Assembly: GCA_951406725.2 (NCBI GenBank)
Contig: OX597815.1
Coordinates: 49,972,001 to 50,036,000, forward strand
DNA: 64,000 bases
From: Octopus vulgaris
Taxonomy: Eukaryota
Reading direction: 5' to 3'
Shown here: piece by piece, positions 26,645-40,300 of the stretch
Layout of the letters: every line of letters begins with the position of its first letter
Numbering within the stretch: the stretch's first letter is position 1
Position numbers and translations under genes: made by a program
Notes under the pieces: generated by a model
The model's database searches: none
Seen by the model: only the letters and a program-made list of their open reading frames with translations
Told to the model about the DNA's origin: nothing

Positions 26645-27030
26645 TTAACTTGTTTCATTCATTAGACTGCAGCCATGCTGGGGCACCACTTTGAAGAATT
26701 TTAGTCAAATAAATTGACCCCAGTATATTTTTATTTTTTAACCCTGGTACTTATTTTATCATTCTCTTTAGCCAAACTGCTAAGTTATGGAGATATAAAC
26801 ACACCAACACCTGTTGTTAAGTGATGGTGAGGGACAGAAACACAGATGTACTCATATACATATATACATGTGATGGGCTTCTTTTAGTTTCCATCTACTA
26901 AATCCACTCACAAGGCTTTGGTCAGCCTGAGGCTTTAGTAGAAAACATTTGCCCAAGGTGCCATGCAGTGGGATTGAACCCAGAACGATGCAGTTGGAAA
27001 GCAAGCTTCTTACCAAACTGCCACTCCTGC
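26645..27030 (-). mobile_element. SINE family A
   Basis: Same head and tail motifs. Confidence 0.85.
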
Positions 27031-27066
27031 ATTTATATGTAAATATGTATATACACATATGCATAC

Positions 27067-27141
<75 letters not shown>

Positions 27142-27144
27142 TAT

Positions 27145-27335
27145 AGGGGGAGAATTCATGAAAAAAACAAAAGACGAAGAGAGGTGGTGTAGAAAACAAA
27201 CAGATATATTAGTATAACACTTGGGAATTGAAAAAGTCTTTTACATTTCGAGCCTACACTCTTCCACAGAAAGGAACACAAAAAGAAACAAGGAGAGAAA
27301 AAAAAAATGTGTGTAGCGGCTACCGAGCTATCATG
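27145..27335 (-). mobile_element. Short PLE-pseudo-LTR-like element with a hammerhead-like motif (27238-27273)
   Basis: CUUU-CUGUGGA-A-GAGU(GUAG)GCUC-GAAA-U-GUA-AAAG, with stem I CUUU/AAAG and an A6U core change; abuts (TA)n. Confidence 0.55.
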
Positions 27336-28179
27336 ATACACACACATTTATATAGCATTAGGAAGGGCATCTAACCATGAAAATCTATTTCATCAAATTC
27401 CACTTAACCTATGCAAGCATATGGTAGACATTAAAATGATGACTATAATGACAACAACGACAATGACAACAATAATGATAATGACAATGGCAATGATCAG
27501 TGACCAAGCTGTAGCACAGTCTTAAAAATGGTGCTTATGTTATTAACCTAGGATAATAGTATAAAAAGCAAAGTCTGATGTGGACAGGATTTGAACTAAG
27601 AATGCTTAGCAGTGTAAGGAAATATCACAAGGTATTTTTTCCAATGTTCTACCAATCCTAAAATCCACTTATGAAATAAAAATGATTCAATAAATTGGTA
27701 TTGAAATTATAAAAATTTACTAAATTAGAACTAAATGCAAAAAAATGAAGTTAACAATCACAGATCATCAACCTTAAGATGACCATCACAGTATAATCTC
27801 AATGGCAACTTGACAAAGATTTTAAAAATTACACAATATTCTACTAAACAATTATTTACTAGCTTAAAACGAAGAATAACATTTTCAATAATGTAAATAA
27901 ATTAAATCTTTTATTATAGAAACCAGCTACATCCACTCAAAATTCCATTACTCTTAACTGCAAAAAGCAGCTTGATATAACAATCTATCTTTTGCTGTGT
28001 AATGTCTTATTTGAACCTATTTTCCATTGAGATATGTCAAATTCACTGAAGCAAATACCAACTATATTATTCAATAGTTATTTAGCATTGTTACAAGAAT
28101 AACCTTGAAATTTAATTTCAGATTTAATGGGTTAAGCAAGTAATCTGATGTACTTGGCAGATATTTATGAGATTTGTTA

Positions 28180-28455
28180 ACTGGCACTCTGTTGGTTATG
28201 ATGATGAGGGTTCCACTTGATCTGATCAACAGAACAGCTTGCTTGTGAAATTAATGTGCAAATAGTTGAGTACTCCATAGACATGTATACTCTTACAGAT
28301 TCTCAGGGAGATTTTGTGCGACAAGGCTGGCCCTGCATCAACTGGAGCAATGTGGAATAAAATGTCTTGCTCAAGGACACAACATACTACCAGGAATTGA
28401 ATTCCTGACCTTATGATCATGGGCCAAATACTCTAACTGCTTAGCCACGTGCCAT
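28180..28455 (-). mobile_element. SINE with a D-like head and type 2 tail
   Basis: TGTCCTTGAGCAAGACATTTTATT core; tail shared with 14720-14820. Confidence 0.65.
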
Positions 28456-28584
28456 CATGAGGTTTATTAAACTCAGTGTTTACATTACTAACACTTAACA
28501 ACTAATAACACCATATATCAAATATGTACTTACAGGATAAACAATATCTACAGAAATGAGTTTCAAAATAAAATTATAGATAGG

Positions 28585-28745
28585 TACAGGCATGACTATG
28601 CGGGAAGAAGTTTGCTTCCTAACCACATGGTTCCAGGTTCAGTCCCACTGTGTGACACTTAGGACAAGTCCCTTCAACTACAGCCTTGAGCTGACCAAAG
28701 CCTTGTGAATGAATCAGATAGATAGAAACTGAAAGAAGCCCATTG
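28585..28745 (+). mobile_element. SINE family A head; the RTE lies in its (TA)n middle
   Basis: AACCACATGGTTCCAGGTTCAGTCCCACTG..GAAACTGAAAGAAGCCC. Confidence 0.75.
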
Positions 28746-29000
28746 TGTATATACATGTGTGTGCATATATATATACATCTACATATATATATACATGTAT
28801 ATATATATATATATATATATCATCATCATCATCATCATCATCATCGTTTAACGTCCGCTTTCCATGCTAGCATGGGTTGGACGGTTCAACTGGGGTCTGG
28901 GAAGCCCGAAGGCTGCACCAGGCCAGTCAGATGTGGCAGTGTTTCTACAGCTGGATGCCCTTCCTAACGCCAACCACTCCGAGAGTGTAGTGGGTGATTT

Positions 29001-29380
29001 TATGTGCCACCGACACAGGTGCCAGACGAGGCTGGCAGACGGCCACGCTCGGATGGTGTTTTTTATGTGCCACCGACACAGGTGCCAGACGAGGCTGGCA
29101 GACGGCCACGCTCGGATGGTGTTTTTTATGTGCCACCGACACAGGTGCCAGACGAGGCTGGCAGACGGCCACTCTCGGATGGTGTTTTTTATGTGCCACC
29201 GACACAGGTGCCAGACGAGGCTGGCAGACGGCCACGCTCGGATGGTGTTTTTTATGTGCCACCGACACAGGTGCCAGACGAGGCTGGCAGACGGCCACGC
29301 TCGGATGGTGTTTTCTTATGTGTCACCGACACAGGTGCTAGACGAGGCTGGCGGACGGCCACGCTCGGATGGTGTTTGTT
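29001..29380. repeat. 63-bp tandem repeat array (6 units) in the RTE 3' UTR
   Basis: Unit TATGTGCCACCGACACAGGTGCCAGACGAGGCTGGCAGACGGCCACGCTCGGATGGTGTTTTT; gives the 21-aa periodicity seen in the overlapping spurious ORFs. Confidence 0.92.
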
Positions 29381-29637
29381 ACGTGCCCTCAGCACGGAGG
29401 CCAGTCATTGCGGTACTGGCTACGGTCACGTTCGGATGGTTTTCTTATGTGCCACCGGCACTGGTACCACAAGGATACAAATTCCATTGATGTTCATCTA
29501 TTTTGATTTGGTTCGATTTGATTTGATACGATTCGATTCTCACTTGCCTCAACAGGTCTTCACAAGTGTCACAAGAAGGAAGGTATGCACAGGTGGACTG
29601 ACTACGTCCCAGGTAGGGGCCACGGATTATGGCTTCA

Positions 29638-32294
29638 CTAGTCTTGCCGGGTCTTCTCACGCACAGCATACTTCCATAGGTCTCGGTCTCTAGTCATTTC
29701 CATGGTGAGACCTAACGTCCGAAGGTCGTGCTTCACCACCTCGTCCCAGGTTTTCCTGGGTCTACCTCTTCCACGGGTTCCCTCAACTGCTAGGGATTGG
29801 CACTTTCTCACACACCTCTCTTCATCCATTCTCGCCACATGACCATACCAGCGCAATCGTCTCTCTTGCACACAACAACTGATGCTTCTTAGGTACAACA
29901 TTTCTCTCAAGGTACTAACGCTCTGTCGAGTAAGTACACTGACATTACACATCCATCGGAGCATACTGGCTTCGTTCCTCACGAGCTTACGCATGTCCTC
30001 AGCAGTCACGGCCCATGTTTCACTGCCATGTAGCATAGCTGTTCGTACACATGCATCATACAGTCTGCCTTTTACTCTGAGCGAGAGGCCTTTAGTCACC
30101 AGCAGAGGTAAGAGCTCCCTAAACTTTGCCCAGGCTATTCTTATTCTAGCAGTTACACTTTCAGCGCACCCACCCCCACTACTGACTTGGTCACCTAGAT
30201 AGCGGAAACTATCAACTACTTCTAGTTTTCCCCCCGGAAAGTGACAGAAGTTGTTTTCTGCAGATTTTCGGAGGTCAGTGCTCCAGAGCACCTGCCACAT
30301 ACAAAAACTATCTTCCCAGTTAGCCTACCTTTGACATTGCTGCACCTCTTATGTGTCCATAGCTTACACTGGGTACATCTTATAGAGTTTCTACCTACAC
30401 CTTTTCTACAGATCGAGCAGGGCCATCTTCCTGATGATATTTGTGGGTTTTCTACCTTTCTACTTATTAGTACTTTGGTTTTAGCTAGGTTGACTCTAAG
30501 GCCCCTCGATTCTAAACCCTCCTTCCACACCTGGAACTTCTCCTCCAGTTCTGATAGTGACTCAGCGATTAGAGCGAGGTCGTCAGCATAGAGGAGCTCC
30601 CAGGGGCAACCTGTCTTGAATTCCTCCGTTATTGCCTGGAGGACTATGATAAATAGGAGGGGGCTGAGTACTGAACCCTGGTGGACCCCAACCTCTACTT
30701 TGAATTCTTCTGTGTACATGTTGCCAACTCTAACCTTACTTACGGCATCTCTGTACATGGCTTGCACAGCCCTTACCAGCCATTCATCTATCCCTAGTTT
30801 CCTCATTGACCACCAGATGAGGGATCGGGGGACCCTATCAAAGGCTTTCTCCATGTCAACAAAAGCCAGGTACAGGGGCTTATCCTTGGCTAGGTATTTC
30901 TCCTGCAGCTGCCTTACCAGGAATATAGCATCAGTGGTGCTTTTCCCTGGGACAAACCCAAACTGCATCTCATCTAAACTAACTCTCTCTCTAATTAGTT
31001 GGGCTATGACCCTCTCCGTAACCTTCATTACCTGATCCAACAGCTTGATACCTCTGTAATTATTTGTATCCAGGGCATCACCTTTACCTTTGTAGCAGTT
31101 GACTAGTATGCTGCTACACCAGTCATTGGGTATGACTCCTTCGTGTATCACCTGGTTGACTATACGGGTGACTAGGTTATAGCCGACACTGCCAGATATT
31201 TTGAGCATCTCTGCAGTAATTCCTGATGGGCCTGGGGCTTTCCCTGTCTTCATGCTTCTGATTGCCTTAGCTACCACGGAACTATCAACTCGGATAGCTG
31301 GTCCCTCTGTTGGGTCAACATTTGGCAGACTCTCTTTATCCCATTCATTTTCTTTATTCAGCAAACTTTCATAGTGGCATCTCCAAACCTCTCTCTTTGC
31401 ATCCTCATTTAGCGCAAGTGAACCATCATCCATGCGAACACACTTCTCTCCTACCACATCACGATTCTCTCTCACACACTGTCTTGCAACACGAAATACC
31501 TCAAGTCTTTCATCCTCACGGCTCAGAACATTGGCAAATTTTTTCTTATCCGCTTCCCCTCTGGCTATATAAACCTGTCTCCTAGCTTCCCTTTTGGCTG
31601 TCTGATACAATTCCCTGCTACCACCGTTCTTCCAGTCCTTCCAAGCCTGTCTCTTTTGTCTAATAGCCCCGTCAACCACCGTGTTCCACCACCATGTTAT
31701 TCTGGGTCGAGATGGTACTTTGCTCCATCCACAGATCTGGTCAGTGGCTGTCAGCAGATTGTCCCGTAGGAATCTCCAGTTGTCTTCCACATTAAGTGAA
31801 GCTATATCCCCTTCTATTTCGTCAGAGGCTTCGAGTAGTATGTCTCTAAATCTCTGTGCATTTGCAGGATCTTTAAGCTTCCAGACCCTTCTCCTCCAAG
31901 CTGGTCTTCTTCTGGGCAACCATTTAGCTCTGATCCTGAAGTCGCTAACTACTAATCTATGTTGGGGAGTACATTCTTCGCCTGGGAAGGTTTTGGCATT
32001 TATAATCAGCCCTCTTTCCCTTTTTCTGGCAAGGATGTAGTCAATCTGGCTGGTGTGTCTGCCAGAACGGTAGGTGACTAGGTGAGAGGTGGGTTTCCTG
32101 AAGTGGGTATTGCAGACCATAAGGTCATTTGCATCGCAGAACTCCAGCAGCCTGGTTCCCTCCTCATTTCGAGAGCCAAAACCGTGGCCTCCATGGATGC
32201 CATGGAAGCCCCTGACATGTCGTCCAACATGTCCATTGAAATCACCTGCCACGAAGAGAAGGTCACTGTCATTTGTCAATGAGGTAGTCCGCAA
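29638..32294 (-). CDS. RTE ORF: partial APE endonuclease, reverse transcriptase with PHD-type finger, C-terminal domain; one apparent 1-bp frameshift near 30226
   Basis: Motifs: [22 protein letters not shown] (APE); [52 protein letters not shown] (RT). After the shift: VDSFRYLG...RLRWYGHV...[10 protein letters not shown] (RTE C-terminus). ORFs 30222..32321 and 29638..30300 join by restoring one A in GGGGAAAA. Confidence 0.93.
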
Positions 32295-32660
32295 TATATA
32301 TACATATATATATATGCACATATATATATGTATATATATATATATTTATTTATTTATATATATACATGTATATATATATACATATACCTATATATATATA
32401 TATATATACATATACCTATATATATATATTTATATATATACATATATATATACATGTACATATATGTATATATATATATATATATATACATATATATACA
32501 TATATATATATATACATATATATACATTTATATACATGTATCTACATTTATATACATTTATAAACATTTATACATATATATATATACATATATATATATA
32601 TACATACTTATAAACATATACGTACATATATATATATACATACACATATACACACACACA
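32295..32660. repeat. Degenerate (TA)n/(TACA)n tract; other long (TA)n at 6928-6998, 10650-10720, 23031-23146, 26400-26622 and 61570-61630
   Basis: Direct reading. Confidence 0.95.
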
Positions 32661-34280
32661 TCAAAATCGTATGTGTTTTACAAGTTACTTACATATAATA
32701 AATGTATATGCTATCAATTAGACTAGCCATTTTAGCTAATGCCTAGACTTTCATTGATTTAAAATGCAAGTATGCTGTGTTTGTAAACAGAGAAATAGCA
32801 GGTATTTGTCTTATGAAAAGTTGTCACTAAACCATGAAGCATACCAATATGATCTGTATTTTTTTCAGTTTTGGAAGTGTATGGTAACAAGTATTCATGT
32901 CTATTTACAGTCCCACACTGAAGAGAATAAAAATTACAGTTTTGCTACTTTGCATTTAACTTAGGTTTAATATAAATACACACACTCACACACATACACA
33001 CACACACACATAGGTACACACTTAGAGATAAGTGTTTATATATATATATATATATATACTCACAAATATTTACATGCATGCAAGCATATGAAAGTTCATT
33101 GATTTATGCCACTGAAATTATAAATCTACATACAATAGCAATATAGATAAGTATGTATATGCATATATATGTGTGTATGTATAGTGAGAGAAAACAGATA
33201 TTTATTCACACATACACATATATACTAACCTAGCACTTGAAAAAATAATCAATAAAATGTAAGAAAAATCTTTGAAAAATTTAAAAAGATAAAATCATTG
33301 AAATAAATGTTTAGAAATGCTGCTGAAATATAGAATTCAAGATATGGTGATATTTTGGCTAATGTCAGCTAGGACACTCAAGGAGCAAACAAAATTCTTT
33401 GTAGAAAAAATAGACAATTTTCATTTCACTATATTTTTTTTTAGAAAAATTAAAGTATATTTTCTATTTCCTTTTCCATATTGTTTTATTTTATTATCAT
33501 TACTATATTTCATTTCCCTTTTTCTTTTCCACCATTTATCTTTTTTTCATATTTTTATTTTTTGGTTGACGCATTTTCTTTTGTCTTTGATAGTGAACAC
33601 CTGGATTGTAAAGCTGAAAATTTCTTTGAAATGCTTATGGGTATACAAGAAAACTTTGCATTCATCAACTGAATTGATTCCTTAAATTTTACCTATAGAT
33701 TCCCTCTTGCTTAAGAACAAACAATAGAACAAACAAAAAAAAAATTTTGAAAACTGAAACCACTGTAAACAAAAATAAAACACCAACAAGAGGGTCACAG
33801 AAAAAATGGCACCAGCTAAACCAAGTAAAACAGCAAATATATAAAAGTGTTCAAATTAGAAACACTAATACTTATATACACATACTTAATGGCTCATATC
33901 ATTCAACTCACTCACACACACATATTCAAGCACATATATATATATGTATATGTGTATGTGTATATTATAATACAACCATAAACACATACAAGAGATGCAT
34001 ATATTTATAAATACTGTAATTTAGCGTCAAATTTACCTATATTTATGCAATTTTTTTGAACACATGCAATTCAAAATACTTAAATTCAATAGATTTTAGT
34101 GTGTATGTGAATGCATATTCGCGTGTGTGTGTGTGTGTGTGCATGTGCATGTGGATATAAATCTTTTTCAGTCTCCCCTATCTCTCATCTCTTTCCCTAC
34201 ATATACATGTAAGTTGTTTGTGTGTGTGTGTGTGTTTGTGTGTATGTGTGTGTGTGTGTATGTTTGTATGTGTGTATGTC

Positions 34281-34678
<398 letters not shown>

Positions 34679-35094
34679 TTGATAGACACACACATATGCA
34701 CACACATTCGCATATACGGAGAATATGCATATATATTTTTGTACACATTGATCAGCTCATTTGATTCCTTAAATTTTACTCATAATTTTCCTCTACTTAA
34801 AAACAAACAATAAACAAAAAATAAATGAAAACAAAATAAAACATCAGCAAGAGGGTCACATGAATATGCACATAGATGTATATACACACATGCATTGCAT
34901 ATACATATATTCATATATATATATATATATATATATAAAACAGATATACACAAATACACACATATATAAGTGTGCCCATGCTCACATATGTTTACAAATC
35001 TATAAAACTACACCCACAAACACACTCAGAAGATAAACAAATTATGTGTTAACATTAGAAAATATTACATGCATGCACACACATATACTCTCTC

Positions 35095-35145
<51 letters not shown>

Positions 35146-35163
35146 CTGTCTCACACACATACA

Positions 35164-35198
<35 letters not shown>

Positions 35199-36619
35199 AC
35201 ACAAACTCTCTCTCTTACACACACACACACTCTCTCTCTCTCTCTCTCTTGCTACACACTCTCATAATATACATGCACGAAATGGTACAATAAGCAAAAT
35301 TTATTTATATACATCTACATATCTTTTTCTTATTTCTTATGTACCTCTGTCTCCATCTCTGTATCAAATACAATCAGTGTGTTCATTTTGCTGTGCTTGT
35401 AAATATGTTCATGAATTCTTCTCTATGTGTATATATATATGTGTGTATACATGTGTGGTGTGCATTTATATATATGATATACATGTGTCTGTTGAAAATA
35501 TATTTTCTTTACTCATTTTGTATTTTTAAATGCTTTTCTTTGGTCTGTATCAACTAGAATATTTGGAAAAAATGATAAAATATAGGGAAAGTTAAAATAA
35601 TATATTATAAATTATTGAAAGCCATAGCATTATTTAAAATAGTTTAAAATTTTCCCCTTATGTAGCATAATTTCAAACAAAACAGCAGAAACTTTTAAGT
35701 ATACAATTATAATAGTTAGTTTATCACAGAATACTTTTCATTCTGAGGAGTTTTTTAAAAAAAGTAAAAGAGTAAAACGTTTATATTAGGATGTTTGGTA
35801 GCATTGCAGATGCATATTTCATATGCAAAAATATTAAAAACAAATAAATAAATAAAATAAATAATGTAAATAATTAAATACACACAATTATGAAATTAGA
35901 GTGTTATATTTTTAGGTACATTTGCTACAAGAAGTAGAGGAAATATGTTTTATTTAAGGGCACATGCCAGTGCAAGTGAATTTATGCTCCTAAATCAATT
36001 ATTTTTCCATAACTATGGTGACGCAGGATAAATATTTATTTATCCAACTTTCAAAATGATAAATAGTGTTAATTACATGACATTTTCTAATCAGTAGCAT
36101 TCATTGAGTGATCAGTTATACTGGTTCTAACAATGACACTCAATAAGATGAATAATTTTGGTATTCTTCACAGCTCTTTAAATTCTTCAAAAATAACAAC
36201 AAAATCTTCACTTAAAAAAATACAATAATAATAAACTGAATGCTTGTAATTTTATTTATTTGTTAATAATTATATTGAATTAATTAAATATTTTCAAATA
36301 TGTTTTTACTATGATTTGAATTTCAAATAATTTTAGATATTAATTCTAAATATGTTATGTTACATGATTATTTTTATATTTTAATGTTTTAATAATAAAT
36401 TATATTGTATTAGTTAAACAACAAGGTTACACTCTCCATAACTACTATAGATCTGTCGTTAGAACATAATGCAAAGCAGAATGAGTGGTTTAAAAAGTTT
36501 ACACTAACTAAATGGACATGGCTAGTTTATTTTCAACTTTTTTCAGTCTACAGAATTGAATCAGGCAAGAGAAGTGTTTAGGCACTCCCTCAATTTACAA
36601 AAAGTTTCATTATATGTAT

Positions 36620-36787
36620 GGAGTGGCTGTGTGGTAAGTAGCTTGCTTACCAGCATGGTTTCGGGTTCAGTCCCACTGCATGGCACCTTGGGCAAGTGTC
36701 TTCTACTATAGCCTCAGGCCGACCAAAGCCTTGTGAGTGGATTTGGTAGATGGAAACTGAAAGAAGCCCATGGTATATATGTATATG

Positions 36788-36820
<33 letters not shown>

Positions 36821-37029
36821 TTGTGCGTCTGGGTTTGTTTCCCCCAACATCGCTTGACAACCAATTCCGGTGTGTTTACATCCCTGTAACTTAGCAGTTC
36901 GGCAGAAGTGACTGATAGAATAAGTACTAGGCTTACAAAGAATAAGTCCTGGGGTCGATTTGCTCGACTAAAGGCAGTGTTCCAGCATGTCTGCAGTCAA
37001 AAGACTGAAACAAGTAAAAGAGTAAAAGA
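36620..37029 (+). mobile_element. SINE family A
   Basis: Full head, core, (TA)(TG) middle and (GTAAAAGA) tail. Confidence 0.9.
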
Positions 37030-37034
37030 ATATT

Positions 37035-37235
37035 GATTTCAAATCTTGACTCAAGGCCAGCAATTTCAGAAAAGGTTAAGTCAATTACATCAACTGGTAC
37101 TTAGTTTCTCAACCTTGAAAGGACGAGAGGCAAAGTTGACTGTGGCAAAATTTAAACTGAGAACATAAAGACAGACAAAAAATACTGCTGAGCATTTTGC
37201 TCAGTGTGCTAATGATTCTGCCAGCTAACCACCTT
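37035..37235 (-). mobile_element. SINE family B
   Basis: Reverse complement of family B motifs. Confidence 0.7.
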
Positions 37236-37246
37236 TATTATATATA

Positions 37247-38400
37247 TAGGGTCATTCCATAAATAATGCAGTTTTATCAATTACATGAACTATAAGTCAG
37301 AGGGGATGGGATAAATTTACTTGCATCAGCTTGCTATAAAAGCAGGTAGTAATTTTATCTTGGCTTATTCTTAGTGCAAATTTTGAAGGGTACAGTTCGA
37401 TTTTAACAGTTATTTTTTCAAAATTATAATGGAAGTGACAAAGGAGCATATTCGGTATATTTTACTTTATGAGTTCACTAATGGCAGCAATGCAATTGTA
37501 CGTTTGAGGAATATTAATGCAGTATATGGGGACTGGACAATAAGCGTAAGCCAATGTCAAGAGTGGTTCCAGAAATTCCGAGCCCAAAACTACAGCTGAG
37601 AAGATGAGACTTGTCCTGGAAGATCTGTAGAGCTTGACGAGAACATCCTTCAAACCCTAGTGGAACAAAATCCCATCGTAACTGTTGAGTAGAGAAACTT
37701 GGATTTGGTCGTTCAATCATTCATCGACACCTGCACTAGAAGAAAAACGACCATTCTTGGTTTCAAGACGAAAGGTGTTCTTTCATCAGGATAATGTTTG
37801 GCCACATGCAATGGGGATGAATTCCAAGGGCTGGAGAAGTTTGAATGGGAAACGATGCTCCATGCACTATATTTGCTGGACATTACCCCATGTGGTTATT
37901 ATTTATTCCACAATCTTCAAAATCATTTGGATGGAAAAAATATGAATTCTGTAGACAAGGACAGAACAGTACTGGAGGAGTATTTTTTGTCATGGACAAG
38001 TGAATTTTGGAAGAGGGGCCTTGCAAGTCTAACAGATAGATGGATAAAAGGCGGCGAGCTGGCAGAAACGTTAGCACACCGGGCGAAATGCTTAGCGGTA
38101 TTTCGTCTGCCGTTACGTTGTGAGTTCAAATTCCGCCGAGGTCGACTTTGCCTTTCATCCTTTCGGGGTCGATAAATTAAGTACCAGTTACGCACTGGGG
38201 TCGATGTAATCGACTTAATACCTATGTCTGTCCTTGTTTGTCCCCTCTATGTTTAGCCCCTTGTGGGTAATAAATAAATAGATAGATGGAAGAGCATTGT
38301 AGAAAATGAAGGAGCATATATTAAAAAAGAACTTTGTTTATCTTAATTTTGAAAAATAAAAGAAGTAAAAAAGACCCACATTATTTAGGGGATGACCCAA
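37247..38400 (+). mobile_element. Mariner (DD34D-type) transposon, internally deleted, with a nested SINE
   Basis: TIRs TAGGGTCATTCCATAAATAATG / CATTATTTAGGGGATGACCCAA flanked by TA. Remnants MEVTKEHIRYILLYEF, FFHQDNVWPH and HALYLLDITPCGYYLF (HPPYSPDLAPSDY-like). Confidence 0.85.
38047..38279 (+). mobile_element. tRNA-derived SINE family B, young, nested in mariner
   Basis: GGCGGCGAGCTGGCAGAAACG..GAGTTCAAATTCC..GCCTTTCATCCTTTCGGGGTCGATAAATTAAGTACC. TSD AGATAGATGGA at 38034-38044 and 38280-38290. Confidence 0.92.
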
Positions 38401-39510
38401 TATATTAAAACAATGTATTATAATTATTTTAAAACAGAGGCAGAAACACATATCACACTTTACTGCAAAAATATATACATGTGCTATTTAAAAAAATGCA
38501 AGTTTTCAACATATGAAATTTTCTATCTCTCCTCAAAAATTCACAGCACACTGGTTGATCATAATATGTACACAAGTTTACCACAACACAGTGCTTAAAA
38601 ATGTTTGGACTAGATAAATGATATCCTGTTTGGCCTTAATAGCTTGGAGTTTAAATATTATATCCAGCTATGGTTGACTTCAGGGCTAATTACTGAATCA
38701 ATATTTCACACAATAATTTTACTGCACAAATGACAGCAGATATGTGATTACCATATCCTATTAACCTTTAATACTTGAGTCTCAGATCAGATTTTTAAAT
38801 CAGGATATTTTCATAGCTTTCAACTCATTTATCAAACTAAAATGCTGCAGGAAACAATTTCACTAAAATATTAGAATTAAACTGCTTTCCCATCTAGATT
38901 TACTAAAGTTAATAGAATTGTATAACTGAATTATTCTAAAACCTATTTATTACTTAAATCAATAATTCTATAAAGATTAATCCATAACTGAACATTTAAC
39001 ACATCTATGTATTTACACTATATGCAAAGAACATATAAAAGAATCAAACCCAGCCTACATGGTTTTAGTTGATACCCTGATGCATTACATTCAATGTGAC
39101 CCAGATTGGATTGTCAAATAAATAACTTTGTATGGTTTCAAACAGAAGACATTGATTCAATTATTGTTACAGACTTCTGAATCTCCTCATGCTTTGCTTT
39201 TTCTTTTTCTGTTTGCACTCACCATATAGTTTTAACCCTTTTGCTTTTAAATGTCAAACCACTGAGAATGCCTTTATAAAGTAGCTATAACTGCTAGAAA
39301 CAACAGGTCAAATCTGCTCAAATGACACAAAACTTTTAAAAAAGGAAAGCACATTGAATAATGTAATACTTGGATTTGTTTATTTCTGTTTCTTGCAGTT
39401 TTACATCAGTCCAATTTTAGACATTGCTGTAGCACCTTTACCTATGTGATGAGTTTGCTATCTCCTCCCTCAATTGTTCCCTCATTTCCTCATAAAGGGA
39501 CTCATATAAC

Positions 39511-39675
39511 TTTCTAAGAAACCCCTCATTTTTACACAAATGAAGGCTACCACTAAAACCTCATAACCAAAACCTTTATAACTTGTCCTTCCTCAGTTTA
39601 TAAACTGAGGAAGGACAAGTTATGAGCTTTTAGTGGTAGCCTTCATCTGTGGAAAAGTGAGGGGTTTCTTAGAAA
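39511..39675. repeat. 165-bp palindrome with a perfect 46-bp spacerless centre
   Basis: 39578-39623 ATAACTTGTCCTTCCTCAGTTTA|TAAACTGAGGAAGGACAAGTTAT; the outer arms are imperfect. Confidence 0.85.
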
Positions 39676-40166
39676 CCTATTTCACTTATTTAATTTTCTC
39701 ACAAGTGTCATCTATAATAATTATGGGCCTGCTAAACAAACCTTTGTGAGTGAATTTGATAGACTGAAACTGAAAGAAGCCCATCATATGCATATGTAGA
39801 CATGTATGTATGTATGCTATTGTTCAGCTTTATTTCAACAACAGCAACATGGTATTTTTGTATTTTTGCATGTATGCATATGTGCAGATTTGTATATAGT
39901 GTCATGTCTAGACATGCTCATAGGTATTTAAATGATAAACTACTGGCAAGTTTTACAGATTTTTACAGTTCCAGTGATGGCTTGGATCTGTAGTCTTCAA
40001 ATCAGCTTTTTCCTTTCTGGTTTTGAGAAGCCTAATTTCTCAAGATTGGTATTTAGGCAGTACATTACATATCCCAGTGTCCCAATAATTACAGGTATAA
40101 ACCTGAACTTGTAATCTGGATAGAGTAACTGTAAATTCCTCAACAGTTCAACATAGGTATTTTTTT

Positions 40167-40300
40167 ATGTATGTATGTATGTATGTATGTATGTATGTAT
40201 GTATGTATGTATGTATGTATGCATGTATGCATGCATGCATGTATGTATGTATGTATGTATGTATGTATGTATGTATGTATGTATGTATGTATGTATGTAT
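40167..40300. repeat. (TATG)n tract; similar (CATA)n at 52170-52345
   Basis: Direct reading. Confidence 0.95.

Larger units (their letters stand above)
28820..32294 (-). mobile_element. RTE-clade LINE, young, 5'-truncated inside the endonuclease domain
   Basis: Long ORF with APE and RT motifs, an ~800-nt 3' UTR, and a (GAT)n tail (CATCAT on +). Embedded in (TA)-rich microsatellite. Confidence 0.95.

Noticed and set aside
29001-29380. CRISPR-like array, or repetitive proteins from ORFs 28864..29490 and 29004..29693
   Set aside because: The units are identical with no unique spacers, and the array is the RTE 3' UTR. The ORFs stay open only because 63 is a multiple of 3.
30226-30229. Programmed frameshift in the RTE ORF
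   Set aside because: A single missing base in a G/A homopolymer is more simply a mutation or sequencing error, and RTE elements have a single ORF.
33593-33694. Possible exon on either strand
   Set aside because: Splice signals are ambiguous, the peptide is unrecognisable, and the region is partly duplicated at 34750.
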